Below are positions 19,794 to 29,458 of a stretch of 64,000 bases of DNA, in pieces. Position numbers and translations under genes: made by a program. Every line of letters starts with the position of its first letter. Position 1 is the stretch's first letter. The stretch lies in contig CAWJQI010000005.1 in NCBI GenBank assembly GCA_963845085.1, positions 384,001-448,000 on the forward strand, given 5' to 3'. This DNA is from Candidatus Fermentibacterota bacterium. Lineage in GTDB: Bacteria; Fermentibacterota; Fermentibacteria; Fermentibacterales; JCC-6. The notes under the pieces are model-generated. The model saw only the letters and a program-made list of their open reading frames with translations, was not told the DNA's origin and searched no databases.

Positions 19794-20018
19794 ATGAAGT
19801 ACTTCGACAAGACGGAACAGAAGGCCGCATCGGTAGACAACCAGTACGTGTTCTCGATCGCCGTTGCCAAAAGGGTCAGAAGCATTCAGGAGGGCGCCCC
19901 GATACTTGTGGAAGGCATCGCGTGCCCCGAAGAACAGGCTTCCGAGGCTGCCATGACCGAGTTCGCGGAAGGCCGGCTGAACTATGAGCTCGACGCCAAA
20001 GCAAAAAGGGAGAACTAG
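19794..20018 (+). CDS. rpoZ: RNA polymerase omega subunit
   Basis: NQYVFSIAVAKRVRSI..AMTEFAEG matches the omega pattern; GAAAGG RBS. Confidence 0.8.
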   Translation: MKYFDKTEQKAASVDNQYVFSIAVAKRVRSIQEGAPILVEGIACPEEQASEAAMTEFAEGRLNYELDAKAKREN

Positions 20019-20022
20019 AAGC

Positions 20023-22020
20023 ATGCTTCAGAAGGCAATAATCCTCGCATCACTGTTCCTTCTCGCGACCGGCTGCGGAACACGTCCGCTGGGCGAGGGT
20101 GAGGTAGCAAGGATCGGATCGCGGATAATCACAATGGAAGAGCTTGAACAGGAGCTCCAGCGGATCCCGCCATACCAGCGGGCTCCATTCGAGACCCTTC
20201 AGGGCCGCAAGCAGCTCCTGAACCACATGATCGAGCGCGAGCTGCTTCTTCTCGCCGCCATTGACGAAGGCCTCGAGGACGACTCAGTGGTGCTCGCCCA
20301 GATCGCCCTTGCCGACGAAATGGTGGAGAGCGTCAGACAGCGTGCGATGACCCAGGCCTTCTACCAGCGCCATGTGATCGAGGCAGTCGAGGTTCCCGAC
20401 TCGATGGTCCAGGCCTATTACAATGAGAACCTTGAGTCGCGCTTCCGCCGACAGGCACAGGCACAGCTTTCCCACATTCTCGTGACGAGCCCCGAGGCCC
20501 TCGCCGAAGCCCAGTCCATGCTTGCAGACGGAGTGCCCTTCGATTCCGTCGCGGCCTCGGTCAGCGAGCATGCAGTCACCTCGGGCCAGGGCGGTCTGAT
20601 GGGCGCTGTCGAGGAGAATGGCAACATCCCGTACATCGGCAATGATCCGGAGCTTGCCGCAATCCTTCTCCAGGCGTCCGAGGGCGGGATAGTCGGCCCG
20701 ATCGAAACATCCCTCGGAACACACCTCTTCAGGGTGACCGATATCGAACCGGCCGGATACATGTCCATCGAGGAGGCACGGGAATCGATTGAAAGCGTTC
20801 TGAAGCCCGCCCTCGTGAACGAGTACTTCAAGAACACGCTGATCCCCGAGCTTCATGAGCAGTACGACGTGCAGGTGTTCGACGAGCCCGATGCCGAGGT
20901 GCTTGCAACTATAGGCGACTATTCCATAACCCGCGAGGACATAGAGACGGCCATCGAATCGATCCCGTACTACCAGCAGGAGGCCTACAACACGGTCGAG
21001 GGGCGCCAGATCCTTCTCGGCAGCCTTATCGAGCAGAAACTGCTCGAAATGGCCGCAAGCGGCCTCGGCATGGAGGAGGACTCCTTCGTTGTCGCCCAGG
21101 TGGCCCTTGCAACGGAACAGGCCGATCTCACAAGAAAGAGCGCCCTGATCCAGGAGTATTACAACCGGTTCGTGGTTGACGCGGCTCCGGTGACGGAAGA
21201 GGCCATCACCGAATACTACAACGCCCACACGGGCGATATCTACCACCGCAGCGCCCAGACCAGGTTCTCAATCGTCGTGACCAACAGGGGAGCCTCCCAG
21301 GAACAGGTGCAGTCCATGATCGACGAAGGCATGCCGTTCGATTCGATCGCCTCGCAGCAGAGCACCCACCTTCCCACCGCCGCCGTCAACGGCGACCTCG
21401 GCTGGGTAACTTCCGACGCGCCCCTTCCCTACATGGGCGGCAGGCCCGACTTCGCAGACTCGCTCTTCGCAGCACCGGTTGGCACGGTTCTCGGCCCGTG
21501 GCCGACCGAACTGGGCCTGACATGGTTCAAGGTCACTGACGCCCAGGAAGAAGGCCCCAGGCCGCTTGCCGAGGTCAGAGAATCCATCGAGGCCGCACTG
21601 AAACCCGAGGTTGTGAACGACTACCTCAGGAATACCGTTTTCCCGGCCCTCATGGAGCGGTATGACGTGGAGATCAACGAGGAAGCCTTCCTTCCGCCGC
21701 TCTCCATCGGACCCGACAGCCTCATGTCGCTTGCTCAGGAAACGATGGCGACGGATCCCGAAACGGCTGTCCGCTACTTCACCCTCTACATCGAAAGGTA
21801 TCCCGATAACGAACGGTGCGATCAGGCGGCATTCCTGAAAGGCTTCACCCTCAGCGAAAAGCTCGGCGACTACGAGGCCGCCAGGGAGGCATTCCGTGTC
21901 GTCACCGAGAGTTATCCCGAAAGCGACCTAGTCGATGATGCGGAGTGGATGATAGAGAACATGGACAAACCGATCGAGATGTTCATTCCCGCCACCGAGG
22001 ACTCCGTCACCATCCAGTAG
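20023..22020 (+). CDS. Lipoprotein with tandem SurA-N/parvulin (PpiC) modules and C-terminal TPR
   Basis: Lipobox LATGC; SHILV..GGLMG..GPIETSLG repeated as TRFSIVV..GDLGW..GPWPTELG; YbgF/BamD-like TPR tail. Confidence 0.8.
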   Translation: MLQKAIILASLFLLATGCGTRPLGEGEVARIGSRIITMEELEQELQRIPPYQRAPFETLQGRKQLLNHMIERELLLLAAIDEGLEDDSVVLAQIALADEMVESVRQRAMTQAFYQRHVIEAVEVPDSMVQAYYNENLESRFRRQAQAQLSHILVTSPEALAEAQSMLADGVPFDSVAASVSEHAVTSGQGGLMGAVEENGNIPYIGNDPELAAILLQASEGGIVGPIETSLGTHLFRVTDIEPAGYMSIEEARESIESVLKPALVNEYFKNTLIPELHEQYDVQVFDEPDAEVLATIGDYSITREDIETAIESIPYYQQEAYNTVEGRQILLGSLIEQKLLEMAASGLGMEEDSFVVAQVALATEQADLTRKSALIQEYYNRFVVDAAPVTEEAITEYYNAHTGDIYHRSAQTRFSIVVTNRGASQEQVQSMIDEGMPFDSIASQQSTHLPTAAVNGDLGWVTSDAPLPYMGGRPDFADSLFAAPVGTVLGPWPTELGLTWFKVTDAQEEGPRPLAEVRESIEAALKPEVVNDYLRNTVFPALMERYDVEINEEAFLPPLSIGPDSLMSLAQETMATDPETAVRYFTLYIERYPDNERCDQAAFLKGFTLSEKLGDYEAAREAFRVVTESYPESDLVDDAEWMIENMDKPIEMFIPATEDSVTIQ

Positions 22021-22028
22021 CCCTTCCT

Positions 22029-22056
22029 GCCCGGTCCCCCTTCCGGGGGGCCGGGC
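22029..22056 (+). terminator. GC-rich hairpin after the PPIase gene
   Basis: GCCCGGTCCCCC-TTCC-GGGGGGCCGGGC; no U-tract. Confidence 0.45.
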
Positions 22057-22162
22057 GCCCTCCGTGCGATGCCTTTGCCGCCGACACCCCTGCCGTGATG
22101 ACACCCGGCGCAGTATAGTTGCCTGTACGGCAATTTACGGTTTGCATCCATGGGAGGATCCC

Positions 22163-23830
22163 TTGAAAACCCATTTCCTTGTTACCTTGCTGGCGGCGAT
22201 CGTCCTCGCCACCGGCTGCGGGCCGTCCACCACACCCACCACCCCGCAGGAAAAGGCCGCCCGGGCTGACGTCCTCATGCGTGAGAGCAGGTTCGACGAC
22301 GCCCTGGAGCTTTACGATTCAGCGCTCTCCGAAGCACCTGACTCTCCTCAGGCCCTTCTCTGGCAGGCGGCATCGGCCGAAGCCCTGGCTGAAATGGGGA
22401 GGTTCACGGAAGCCATCGCCCTGGCCGACAGGATAGTCATGGCATCGCGCGATCCTGTCGTTCTTTCGAGGGCGGGGCTTGCCAGGGCGATCGCCCAGCT
22501 GTCCGCTCCGGCGAGCGCTCTCTCCCATCTCGCCGGCATAAACCCCGACATCCTTGACGAGCATCGTGTGGACAAGGCACAGGAGCTTGCCCGTGAACTC
22601 CTTCGCGAGGTCGGCACCGAGGCGGTGGCTTCCATGAGGGCCGACAACTGGCTGGAGGTGTTCGTACTGCTCGAGTTGGAAAGACGGTTCACTGAAGACG
22701 GTGATCATGCCAGGGCAGCCCTTTACGCGGCTGAGCTGAACAGGCTCTACCCGGGGGCAAGGGAGCGGTGGGGTGCCGGAGCGTCACAGTACGTCGAATC
22801 CGACGGCACCTACTTCGCCCTTGTCCTTCCCCTGACCGGCGAGGGCTCGGAGTACTCCCAGCAGGTTCAAAGGGGCGTAATGCTTGCGTTCGACCACTTC
22901 TCCGAGATGCATGAGAACCCCCCTGAGATCAGGGTCATCGACATCGGCACATACCCTGGCGGCGTGACCGAGGTTTTCACAACCCTTGGCGCAGACAACG
23001 GCTGCATGGGCATAATTGGTCCCCTGACAAGCGCATCGGCACTTCAGGCCGCTCCCCATGCCAACAGGGAAAGGCTGCCCATGATCACCCCCACGGCCAC
23101 AAGTGAAGAGGTTGACCGTGCCGGCTCCTGGGTGTTCAGGCTTGTTGTCAGCGAGGGGGACCAGGCGGCGGCCATCGCCGAGTACGCGGTCCTGACCGCC
23201 GGTTGCGAAAGGCTTGCGATCATCCACCCGCATACGGCTCAGGCCAACGGCGAGGTCAGCCAGTTCAAGGCGGTGGTGGAAAGCCTCGGGGCAGCTGTCG
23301 TCGCAACTGAAGGCTATCAGGGCGGCGCCACCGATTTCCGCACCCAGATCATGAGGGTCAAGGCCGCCGGAGCAGACGGGATATTCCTTCCCGTCACCTC
23401 CTGGGACGCCATTCAGATCGCCCCCCAGCTCCTCTTCTACCGGGTCAGGCTGCCACTTTTCGGAACATCCGGCTGGGACAGCGACATACTCACAAGGCAT
23501 GGGACCGACGCCATCGAGGGTGCGGTTTTCACAGCCGCAAGCGGCCTGGAATCCACCCGCCCGGAAACGGCCGGGTTCGTGTACGCCTACCGCAGGGAAC
23601 ACGGACAGGCGCCGTCTTCCATCGCAGCACAGGGCTACGATGCCGCCGACATTCTCCTTGATGCGTGGCATATGGGAAACCGCACCAGAGACGGCATTCA
23701 GAGAAGGCTTGTGAGCATGGGTGCATGGTTCGGTGCAAGCGGCAGGTGCGTTCTGGGAAGCTCGACCGACATAAGGGTTTCATGGCCCATGCTCACCGTC
23801 AGGGAAGGCGAAATACTGGGAATTGAGTAG
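22163..23830 (+). CDS. LpoA-like lipoprotein (TPR plus type 1 periplasmic-binding domain)
   Basis: Lipobox LATGC, N-terminal TPR, LVLPLTG, IIGPLTS, LFGTSGW, AQGYDA; TTG at 22163 with GGAGG. Confidence 0.75.
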   Translation: MKTHFLVTLLAAIVLATGCGPSTTPTTPQEKAARADVLMRESRFDDALELYDSALSEAPDSPQALLWQAASAEALAEMGRFTEAIALADRIVMASRDPVVLSRAGLARAIAQLSAPASALSHLAGINPDILDEHRVDKAQELARELLREVGTEAVASMRADNWLEVFVLLELERRFTEDGDHARAALYAAELNRLYPGARERWGAGASQYVESDGTYFALVLPLTGEGSEYSQQVQRGVMLAFDHFSEMHENPPEIRVIDIGTYPGGVTEVFTTLGADNGCMGIIGPLTSASALQAAPHANRERLPMITPTATSEEVDRAGSWVFRLVVSEGDQAAAIAEYAVLTAGCERLAIIHPHTAQANGEVSQFKAVVESLGAAVVATEGYQGGATDFRTQIMRVKAAGADGIFLPVTSWDAIQIAPQLLFYRVRLPLFGTSGWDSDILTRHGTDAIEGAVFTAASGLESTRPETAGFVYAYRREHGQAPSSIAAQGYDAADILLDAWHMGNRTRDGIQRRLVSMGAWFGASGRCVLGSSTDIRVSWPMLTVREGEILGIE

Positions 23831-24698
23831 CAACAGCTTCTGGGGTGTTGACATAGGCGGATCGACCGCCGTCATAGGCCATCTCGACCGGGAAAATGCC
23901 TTCAGGGTGGCCGAGGTGCTTGAGACCGGCCCCTGCCGTCAACCCTCCTCTGTTCTGTCTTCGATCTCGGCCGTTATCAAAAGGTTCGACCCCTCGCCCG
24001 GTGCGGTCGGAGTCGGAATGGCCGGCCTCGTCGATGTAAAAAGGGGCTTTCTCTCCTTCAGCCCGAACCTGCCTCTCTGGAACGGAACACCCATCGCATC
24101 GTCGCTGTCCAGACTGCTCGGGGGAGCTCAGGTTTTCGTGGACAACGACTGCAACGCTTTTTCCATAGGCGCCCTCCACAGGGGCGTGATCCCGGTCAAG
24201 GGGCTCTGGCTGTTCATCACCCTGGGCACCGGGATAGGCGGCACCGTCATCTCCGAGGGCAGGATCCTCTACGGGACGGGAACCTCGGGGGAGTTCGGCC
24301 ACATGACGCTCAGGGAGGGGGGACGGAAATGCACCTGCGGCCTGAGGGGCTGCTGGGAACGCTATGCGGCCGTCGAAGCCCTCGTGTCATACTACGACGG
24401 CAGAACCGAACCTAGGGTGATAGCGGGAAAGGCCAGAAAAGGTGACGAGAAGGCAAAGGCAGCCTTCACCGAGTACGGGGTCTGGCTGGGCAGGGGAATG
24501 GCGAACCTCGCAAAGTGCCTTGCTCCTGAAGGCTTCTTTCTCGGCGGCGGCCTGAGCACCTGCTACGCCCTTTTCCAGCGCCCGGCAAGACGTGAGTTCG
24601 AATCGAGATGCCCGAACCCGTGGAACGTCTCCGCCCTCGAGGACTCTTCCACTGCGGGAGCATACGGCGCTGCCGCAATGGCAGCGGAAAAATGCTGA
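23823..24698 (+). CDS. ROK family sugar kinase (glucokinase-like)
   Basis: GVDIGGS, DNDCNA, TLGTGIGG, GEFGH, CTCG.RGCWE. Confidence 0.88.
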   Translation: MSSNSFWGVDIGGSTAVIGHLDRENAFRVAEVLETGPCRQPSSVLSSISAVIKRFDPSPGAVGVGMAGLVDVKRGFLSFSPNLPLWNGTPIASSLSRLLGGAQVFVDNDCNAFSIGALHRGVIPVKGLWLFITLGTGIGGTVISEGRILYGTGTSGEFGHMTLREGGRKCTCGLRGCWERYAAVEALVSYYDGRTEPRVIAGKARKGDEKAKAAFTEYGVWLGRGMANLAKCLAPEGFFLGGGLSTCYALFQRPARREFESRCPNPWNVSALEDSSTAGAYGAAAMAAEKC

Positions 24699-26824
24699 CC
24701 CTTTTCCTGATGGTCATCTCCCAGCAGCCGCCCATGGAAAGCATGGCCTACAGCGCGGATTCGCTCGACTACACGGTCACTCCCGGAACTCTCAAGCTGT
24801 TCGGCGCCGCAAGCGTTTCGTACCTTGAAATGTCGCTCGAGGCCGACACGATAAACTACGATCCCGAACGCGAGATTCTCACGGCCACAGGCGGACCCTC
24901 GGTCACAGAGAGGGGTGAAACCGCCGAAGGCTCCGAGATGATCTATCACATCCCCAGCAGGACGGCCCGCACGACCGAGGCACTGTCGTGGTACGACGGA
25001 GCCCTCTACACCGGGGAGCGGGTGACCATGCTCAGCCGTCACGAGTTCAACGCCGAGGGCGCAAGGTTCACCACCAGCGAGCGGGACACGCTTGACTGGT
25101 GGTTCTGGTCGGCCTCGATGAAGGTGTTTCCCGACGACAAGGCCATTGCACGGCCGATAGTTCTCTACGTGGAGGATACCCCGGTTTTCTGGCTTCCCTA
25201 TGCGGTGTTCCCGATCCGGCGCGGAAGGAGCTCGGGCTTCACGCTTCCCACGATCGGGCAGTCCGGAGCCGACGGCAAATACATCAGAAAGCTTGGGTAT
25301 TACTTCGGCTTCAGCGACTACATCGACCTTCAACTCAGAACGGACATCACGGAGAAAACCCGGTTCTCTGTCTCCCTTCATGAAAGGCACCGGCTTCGAT
25401 ACGTGCACGACGGGAGGGTCAGGGTCGAGTGGAGGCGGGAATACGAGAACAGCAGGGACAGGTGGATGGTCGACCTCGGCCATGTGCACGAGCTTCCCGA
25501 CGGGACGATGCTGAAGCTGCAGGGAAGTTTTTTGAGCGACAGGAGCTACCTTGAGGACACACAGGGCGACCCGCAGGAGCGCATGAACAGGGAGGCGAGA
25601 AGCTACTTCTCCCTTTCCCGGGGGTTCGGCAGGGGCTCGCTGCAGGCGGCCGTCGATGCGACGAGATACCTCGACACCGACCCCGACAGCATAGAGAACG
25701 AGCTCAGGGATGAGATGTCACTGCCCGATGTCCAGTTCTCACTCCCATCCTCGCCCCTGTTTCCCGGAAAAGCGGTCCTCGACCAGTTCTACTGGAACAC
25801 ATCGCTCCACTACCTTGCGGAAAGCGAAACCAGAGAGCTCACGGACAGGTACGACGCGGGGTTCAGGACGGTCTCGGAACTGACTTTCTCCCAGCGGTTT
25901 TTTGGAGTGCTCGCCTTCTCGCCGAGGGCAAGGATAACCGGAACGGTTTATGACCGCGGGCTGACGGGCGACGCATACCCGGCATGGCTTCACGGATCGG
26001 TCTCCACGACACTCGGAACCGACCTCTACGGCGTTTTCGGCCCTGGGTTCGGTTTCGGCTCGCTCCGGCACACGATCAGCCCTTCCGTGACATGGTCATG
26101 GGCGCCGGACCACTACCTCGACATCAACAGCGGCACCTCCCTGCCCGTCGAGCCTGCGGACAGCCTCTACCCTGTCTTCGGCGACTTCAGCCTTCCTTCG
26201 GAGGGCAGTCTGTACGCGCTTTCGATAGTGAATCGGCTGGAGGGCAAGAACACATCGAGGTCCGGCGTGGAAAGGACCACTCTCGCCACACTTTCCCTCT
26301 CCACCACCTACAACCCCGAGCCGCTTCCGGACGCGGGCAGCTTTTCGAACATCTCGGCGGGCCTGGACCTCAGTCCGCTGCAGGCGGCTTCAATACGGGC
26401 GGACGGTTCCTGGGATCCCTACGCGAACAGGCTTTCCAACCTTACGCTCACGACCTCCCTTCGGCTGGCCGGTCTTGACGGGTCCTACTCGTCCGACAGC
26501 CTCGACGGGGGGGACATGCCGTGGCGGCTGAACCTCTCGCACACATGGTCGCCGTCGCTCTCCGGTGAATCGGGTGCGCTCAACAAATTGCGGCTGAACG
26601 CGTCGGTTGAGCTTACACCTGCTTGGAGTGTGGGATATCAGGGATATTATGACATCGGTGAAAACGAATTCTTAAGTCAGAGCTACACAATTGCAAGGGA
26701 TTTAGAGAGCTGGGAAGCGCTTTTTACAAGGTATGTTTCAGATATTGATACCGGATTCTACTTCCGCATCAACGTGAAAGTGTTCCCGGATATCAAGGTT
26801 GAACAGCACGCCAGCAGCTTCTAA
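24692..26824 (+). CDS. lptD: LPS assembly protein LptD
   Basis: N-terminal beta-jellyroll (YSADSL, LEADTI), PVFWLPYAVFPI..RSSGF.LP, C-terminal beta-barrel with RDLESW. Confidence 0.82.
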   Translation: MLTLFLMVISQQPPMESMAYSADSLDYTVTPGTLKLFGAASVSYLEMSLEADTINYDPEREILTATGGPSVTERGETAEGSEMIYHIPSRTARTTEALSWYDGALYTGERVTMLSRHEFNAEGARFTTSERDTLDWWFWSASMKVFPDDKAIARPIVLYVEDTPVFWLPYAVFPIRRGRSSGFTLPTIGQSGADGKYIRKLGYYFGFSDYIDLQLRTDITEKTRFSVSLHERHRLRYVHDGRVRVEWRREYENSRDRWMVDLGHVHELPDGTMLKLQGSFLSDRSYLEDTQGDPQERMNREARSYFSLSRGFGRGSLQAAVDATRYLDTDPDSIENELRDEMSLPDVQFSLPSSPLFPGKAVLDQFYWNTSLHYLAESETRELTDRYDAGFRTVSELTFSQRFFGVLAFSPRARITGTVYDRGLTGDAYPAWLHGSVSTTLGTDLYGVFGPGFGFGSLRHTISPSVTWSWAPDHYLDINSGTSLPVEPADSLYPVFGDFSLPSEGSLYALSIVNRLEGKNTSRSGVERTTLATLSLSTTYNPEPLPDAGSFSNISAGLDLSPLQAASIRADGSWDPYANRLSNLTLTTSLRLAGLDGSYSSDSLDGGDMPWRLNLSHTWSPSLSGESGALNKLRLNASVELTPAWSVGYQGYYDIGENEFLSQSYTIARDLESWEALFTRYVSDIDTGFYFRINVKVFPDIKVEQHASSF

Positions 26825-26838
26825 CTCCTACACACCAC

Positions 26839-26867
26839 TTGACACGGCATTCCCTTCGCCCTAAGGT
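26839..26867 (+). promoter_or_regulatory. Putative sigma70 promoter for hup
   Basis: TTGACA-17 nt-TAAGGT. Confidence 0.6.
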
Positions 26868-26913
26868 TGCAGGTAAACCGGTCCGGATCACTTGAAACAG
26901 AAAGGGGTGCAAG

Positions 26914-27186
26914 TTGAACAAGCGCGAACTCGTGGCACATGTTGCCGACCAGGCCCAGATCACCAAGAAACAGGCGGCGGAAGCCGTTGAGGCCATCCTC
27001 AGCGGAATAAGCAATTCCATCAAGAAGGGTGACAAAGTCAGCCTCGTGGGCTTCGGCACCTTCAGTGTGAAGGAAAGGGCAGCCAGGAAGGGCATCGTCC
27101 CGGGTACTGGCAAGAGGATGAATTTCCCCGCCAAGAAGGTTCCCCACTTCAAGCCCGGAAAAGGCCTGAAGGAAACCGTTCTTTAG
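26914..27186 (+). CDS. hup: HU family DNA-binding protein
   Basis: MNK.EL..VSLVGFGTF..RAARKG..PGTG..P.FKPGK.LKE. Confidence 0.95.
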   Translation: MNKRELVAHVADQAQITKKQAAEAVEAILSGISNSIKKGDKVSLVGFGTFSVKERAARKGIVPGTGKRMNFPAKKVPHFKPGKGLKETVL

Positions 27187-27198
27187 GTGATGTCCCTT

Positions 27199-27235
27199 GA
27201 TGGGGGGCGGTGCGTCGCGCCGCCCCCCATCTTCA
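27199..27235 (+). terminator. Intrinsic terminator after hup
   Basis: GATGGGGGGCGG-9 nt-CCGCCCCCCATC 12-bp stem followed by TTCAT. Confidence 0.6.
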
Positions 27236-27245
27236 TATTACAGCC

Positions 27246-28049
27246 ATGACAAAAACATCATGGTCAGCCGTGATCACCACCTACAACAGCAGCGCAACCC
27301 TGGGGAGCGCCCTCGACTCCCTCCTTGCGCTTCGGGAGGATGAGCGCCCCGTTGACATCACGGTGGTGGACAACGCCTCCAGCGATGAAAGCAGGGAAGT
27401 CGCGGCAGGCAAACCCGGGGTCACACTGATCGCAAACCCGTTCAACATGGGGCTGGCGGGGGCCAACAATCGGGGCGCCGCAATGGCCAAGGGGGAAAAC
27501 CTGTTTTTCCTGAACCCCGATGTGACAGTTCTTCCCGGAGCCGTAACCGCGCTTGCCGACTTCTCGGCCTCACACCCGTCCGCAGCGCTTCTGGGGCCCG
27601 CGATGACCAGCGGAAGCGGCGTTCTGCAGTCCACCGCGCGCACATGGCCGTCGCTTGCTTCCGTGGCTGCGCGGCGGACGGCATTCGGCCGAACGCGCGC
27701 CGGCAGGAACCTTGTCGGCACGCACCTCAACCGTTTCCACACGGCGCGGCCGGAAATGGTCCACTGGCTCGTCGGCGCCGCGCTGTGGCTTTCACCTGGG
27801 GGCAGGAGTACCGTCGGTCTGATGAACGAGGCATACTTCCTCTACTTTGAGGATGTGGAATGGTGCTGGAGGGCCTGGAAGGCGGGAATGGAAGTCTGGT
27901 TCGTACCCGATGCCGTCATTCTCCACGAGTGCCGCAGGCAGAGCGCTGACGGGGCAGGCAGTGCCGCACTGCATCACTTCCGCAGCATGCTGAGGTTCTA
28001 CTCGACGCATCCTGCGGCTGCACTGGGAAGGGGTCCGGGGCGGAAATGA
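27246..28049 (+). CDS. GT2 family glycosyltransferase (WbbL/rhamnosyltransferase-like)
   Basis: VVDNASSD, FLNPD, YFLYFEDVEWC. Confidence 0.88.
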   Translation: MTKTSWSAVITTYNSSATLGSALDSLLALREDERPVDITVVDNASSDESREVAAGKPGVTLIANPFNMGLAGANNRGAAMAKGENLFFLNPDVTVLPGAVTALADFSASHPSAALLGPAMTSGSGVLQSTARTWPSLASVAARRTAFGRTRAGRNLVGTHLNRFHTARPEMVHWLVGAALWLSPGGRSTVGLMNEAYFLYFEDVEWCWRAWKAGMEVWFVPDAVILHECRRQSADGAGSAALHHFRSMLRFYSTHPAAALGRGPGRK

Positions 28050-29458
28050 ACCAGTCGCATGCCAAATGGGTACTCCCGCTTGCAGCTCTCGACCTTCTTC
28101 TCCTCACCGGCGTCTTCATGCTCGGTTACTGGGTGAGGCACTTCCTTCTTGCACCCCTCATGGGAAGCGACTTCAGGCTGTCGGGGTTCCACTACCTCGC
28201 CAGCGGGACCGTTCTCGGGGTCATCCAGATCTCCCTGATGAGCATTTTCGGTGCGTACCGCAGGGAGTTCGGCCTGGGCAAGGTCGAGGAGGTTGCAGCT
28301 GTCATAAGGGCCGCCTTCATGGGAACGGTGATAACATTCGCAATCACTTTTCTGACAAGACAGCTGTTCTTCAGCCGGTTCGTGCTTCTGTTCGCGCTTC
28401 CCGCGGGCGCGGTGCTGGTGAGTTTCTGGCACACCCTGTACAGACGCCTCAGCCGGAGCATGGACAGACGAAAGGGCCGCCCCAGACGGGTCGTGCTCTA
28501 CGGCACGGGCTCCCTCGCGCGCGAGCTGTCCGACTACATGACCGCGAGGGCGCAGCTTCACTACTCGGTCGAGGGCTTCATTGCCCCCGACACGTCCTCC
28601 GAGACGGCAGTGGTTGAGGCCACGCTCGACTCTCTCGGGTGGGCAGACTGGATGGAAACGCACGGCATAAGGGACCTGGTGGTTGCCGACATGTCGCTTT
28701 CAAGGGACGAGCGGGCAGCGGTGCTGATGCTCTGCGAGCAGAGGGGGTTTTCCTACAGGATGGCTGCGGACCTGTACACCATGGTCAGCCTGACCTCACG
28801 GGTCGTGAACATGGCGGGAAACACCATGGTCGAGTCGGTCCCTCCTCCCCTCGATACGACCGGGCGGTTGTTGAAAAGGGCATGCGACATCCTGGGGAGT
28901 TCCATCATCATGATACTTCTGGCGCCGTTTTTCCCCATTTTCGCGCTGCTGATCACCGCAGGGTCTCCGGGAGGCGTCTTCTTCTTCCAGACCAGGCTTG
29001 GCAAGAACAACAGGCCCTTCAGGATCGTCAAGTTCAGATCAATGAGGACCGGGGCACACGGAGAGCGCGAGCAGCTGAAGGATCGAAACGAGAGCACCGG
29101 ACCGCTTTTCAAGATGAAGTCCGACCCCCGCGTGACACCCTTCGGCCACATCATGCGAAGATGGAGCCTCGACGAGCTTCCGCAGCTCTACAATGTCCTC
29201 GTGGGGGACATGAGCCTTGTGGGACCCAGACCACCCATCCCCGAAGAGGTCAACGAATACAGCCGCCGCGACTTCAAACGGCTGCGGACCGTGCCGGGTC
29301 TCACCGGCGTCTGGCAGGTTTCGGGGCGGAGCGAACTCGGTTTCGAGGAAATGGTCAAACTCGACCTGTTCTACGTAGACAACTGGAGCATCTGGCTCGA
29401 TCTTGCGATCCTGCTTCTCACGGCCCCCGCGATCCTCTCCGGTGAGGGCGCCTACTGA
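28046..29458 (+). CDS. Polyprenyl-phosphate glycosylphosphotransferase (WcaJ/WbaP family)
   Basis: N-terminal TMs, KRACD, KFRSM, DPRVT, SLDELPQ, SLVGPRP, PGLTGVWQV. Confidence 0.9.
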   Translation: MNQSHAKWVLPLAALDLLLLTGVFMLGYWVRHFLLAPLMGSDFRLSGFHYLASGTVLGVIQISLMSIFGAYRREFGLGKVEEVAAVIRAAFMGTVITFAITFLTRQLFFSRFVLLFALPAGAVLVSFWHTLYRRLSRSMDRRKGRPRRVVLYGTGSLARELSDYMTARAQLHYSVEGFIAPDTSSETAVVEATLDSLGWADWMETHGIRDLVVADMSLSRDERAAVLMLCEQRGFSYRMAADLYTMVSLTSRVVNMAGNTMVESVPPPLDTTGRLLKRACDILGSSIIMILLAPFFPIFALLITAGSPGGVFFFQTRLGKNNRPFRIVKFRSMRTGAHGEREQLKDRNESTGPLFKMKSDPRVTPFGHIMRRWSLDELPQLYNVLVGDMSLVGPRPPIPEEVNEYSRRDFKRLRTVPGLTGVWQVSGRSELGFEEMVKLDLFYVDNWSIWLDLAILLLTAPAILSGEGAY

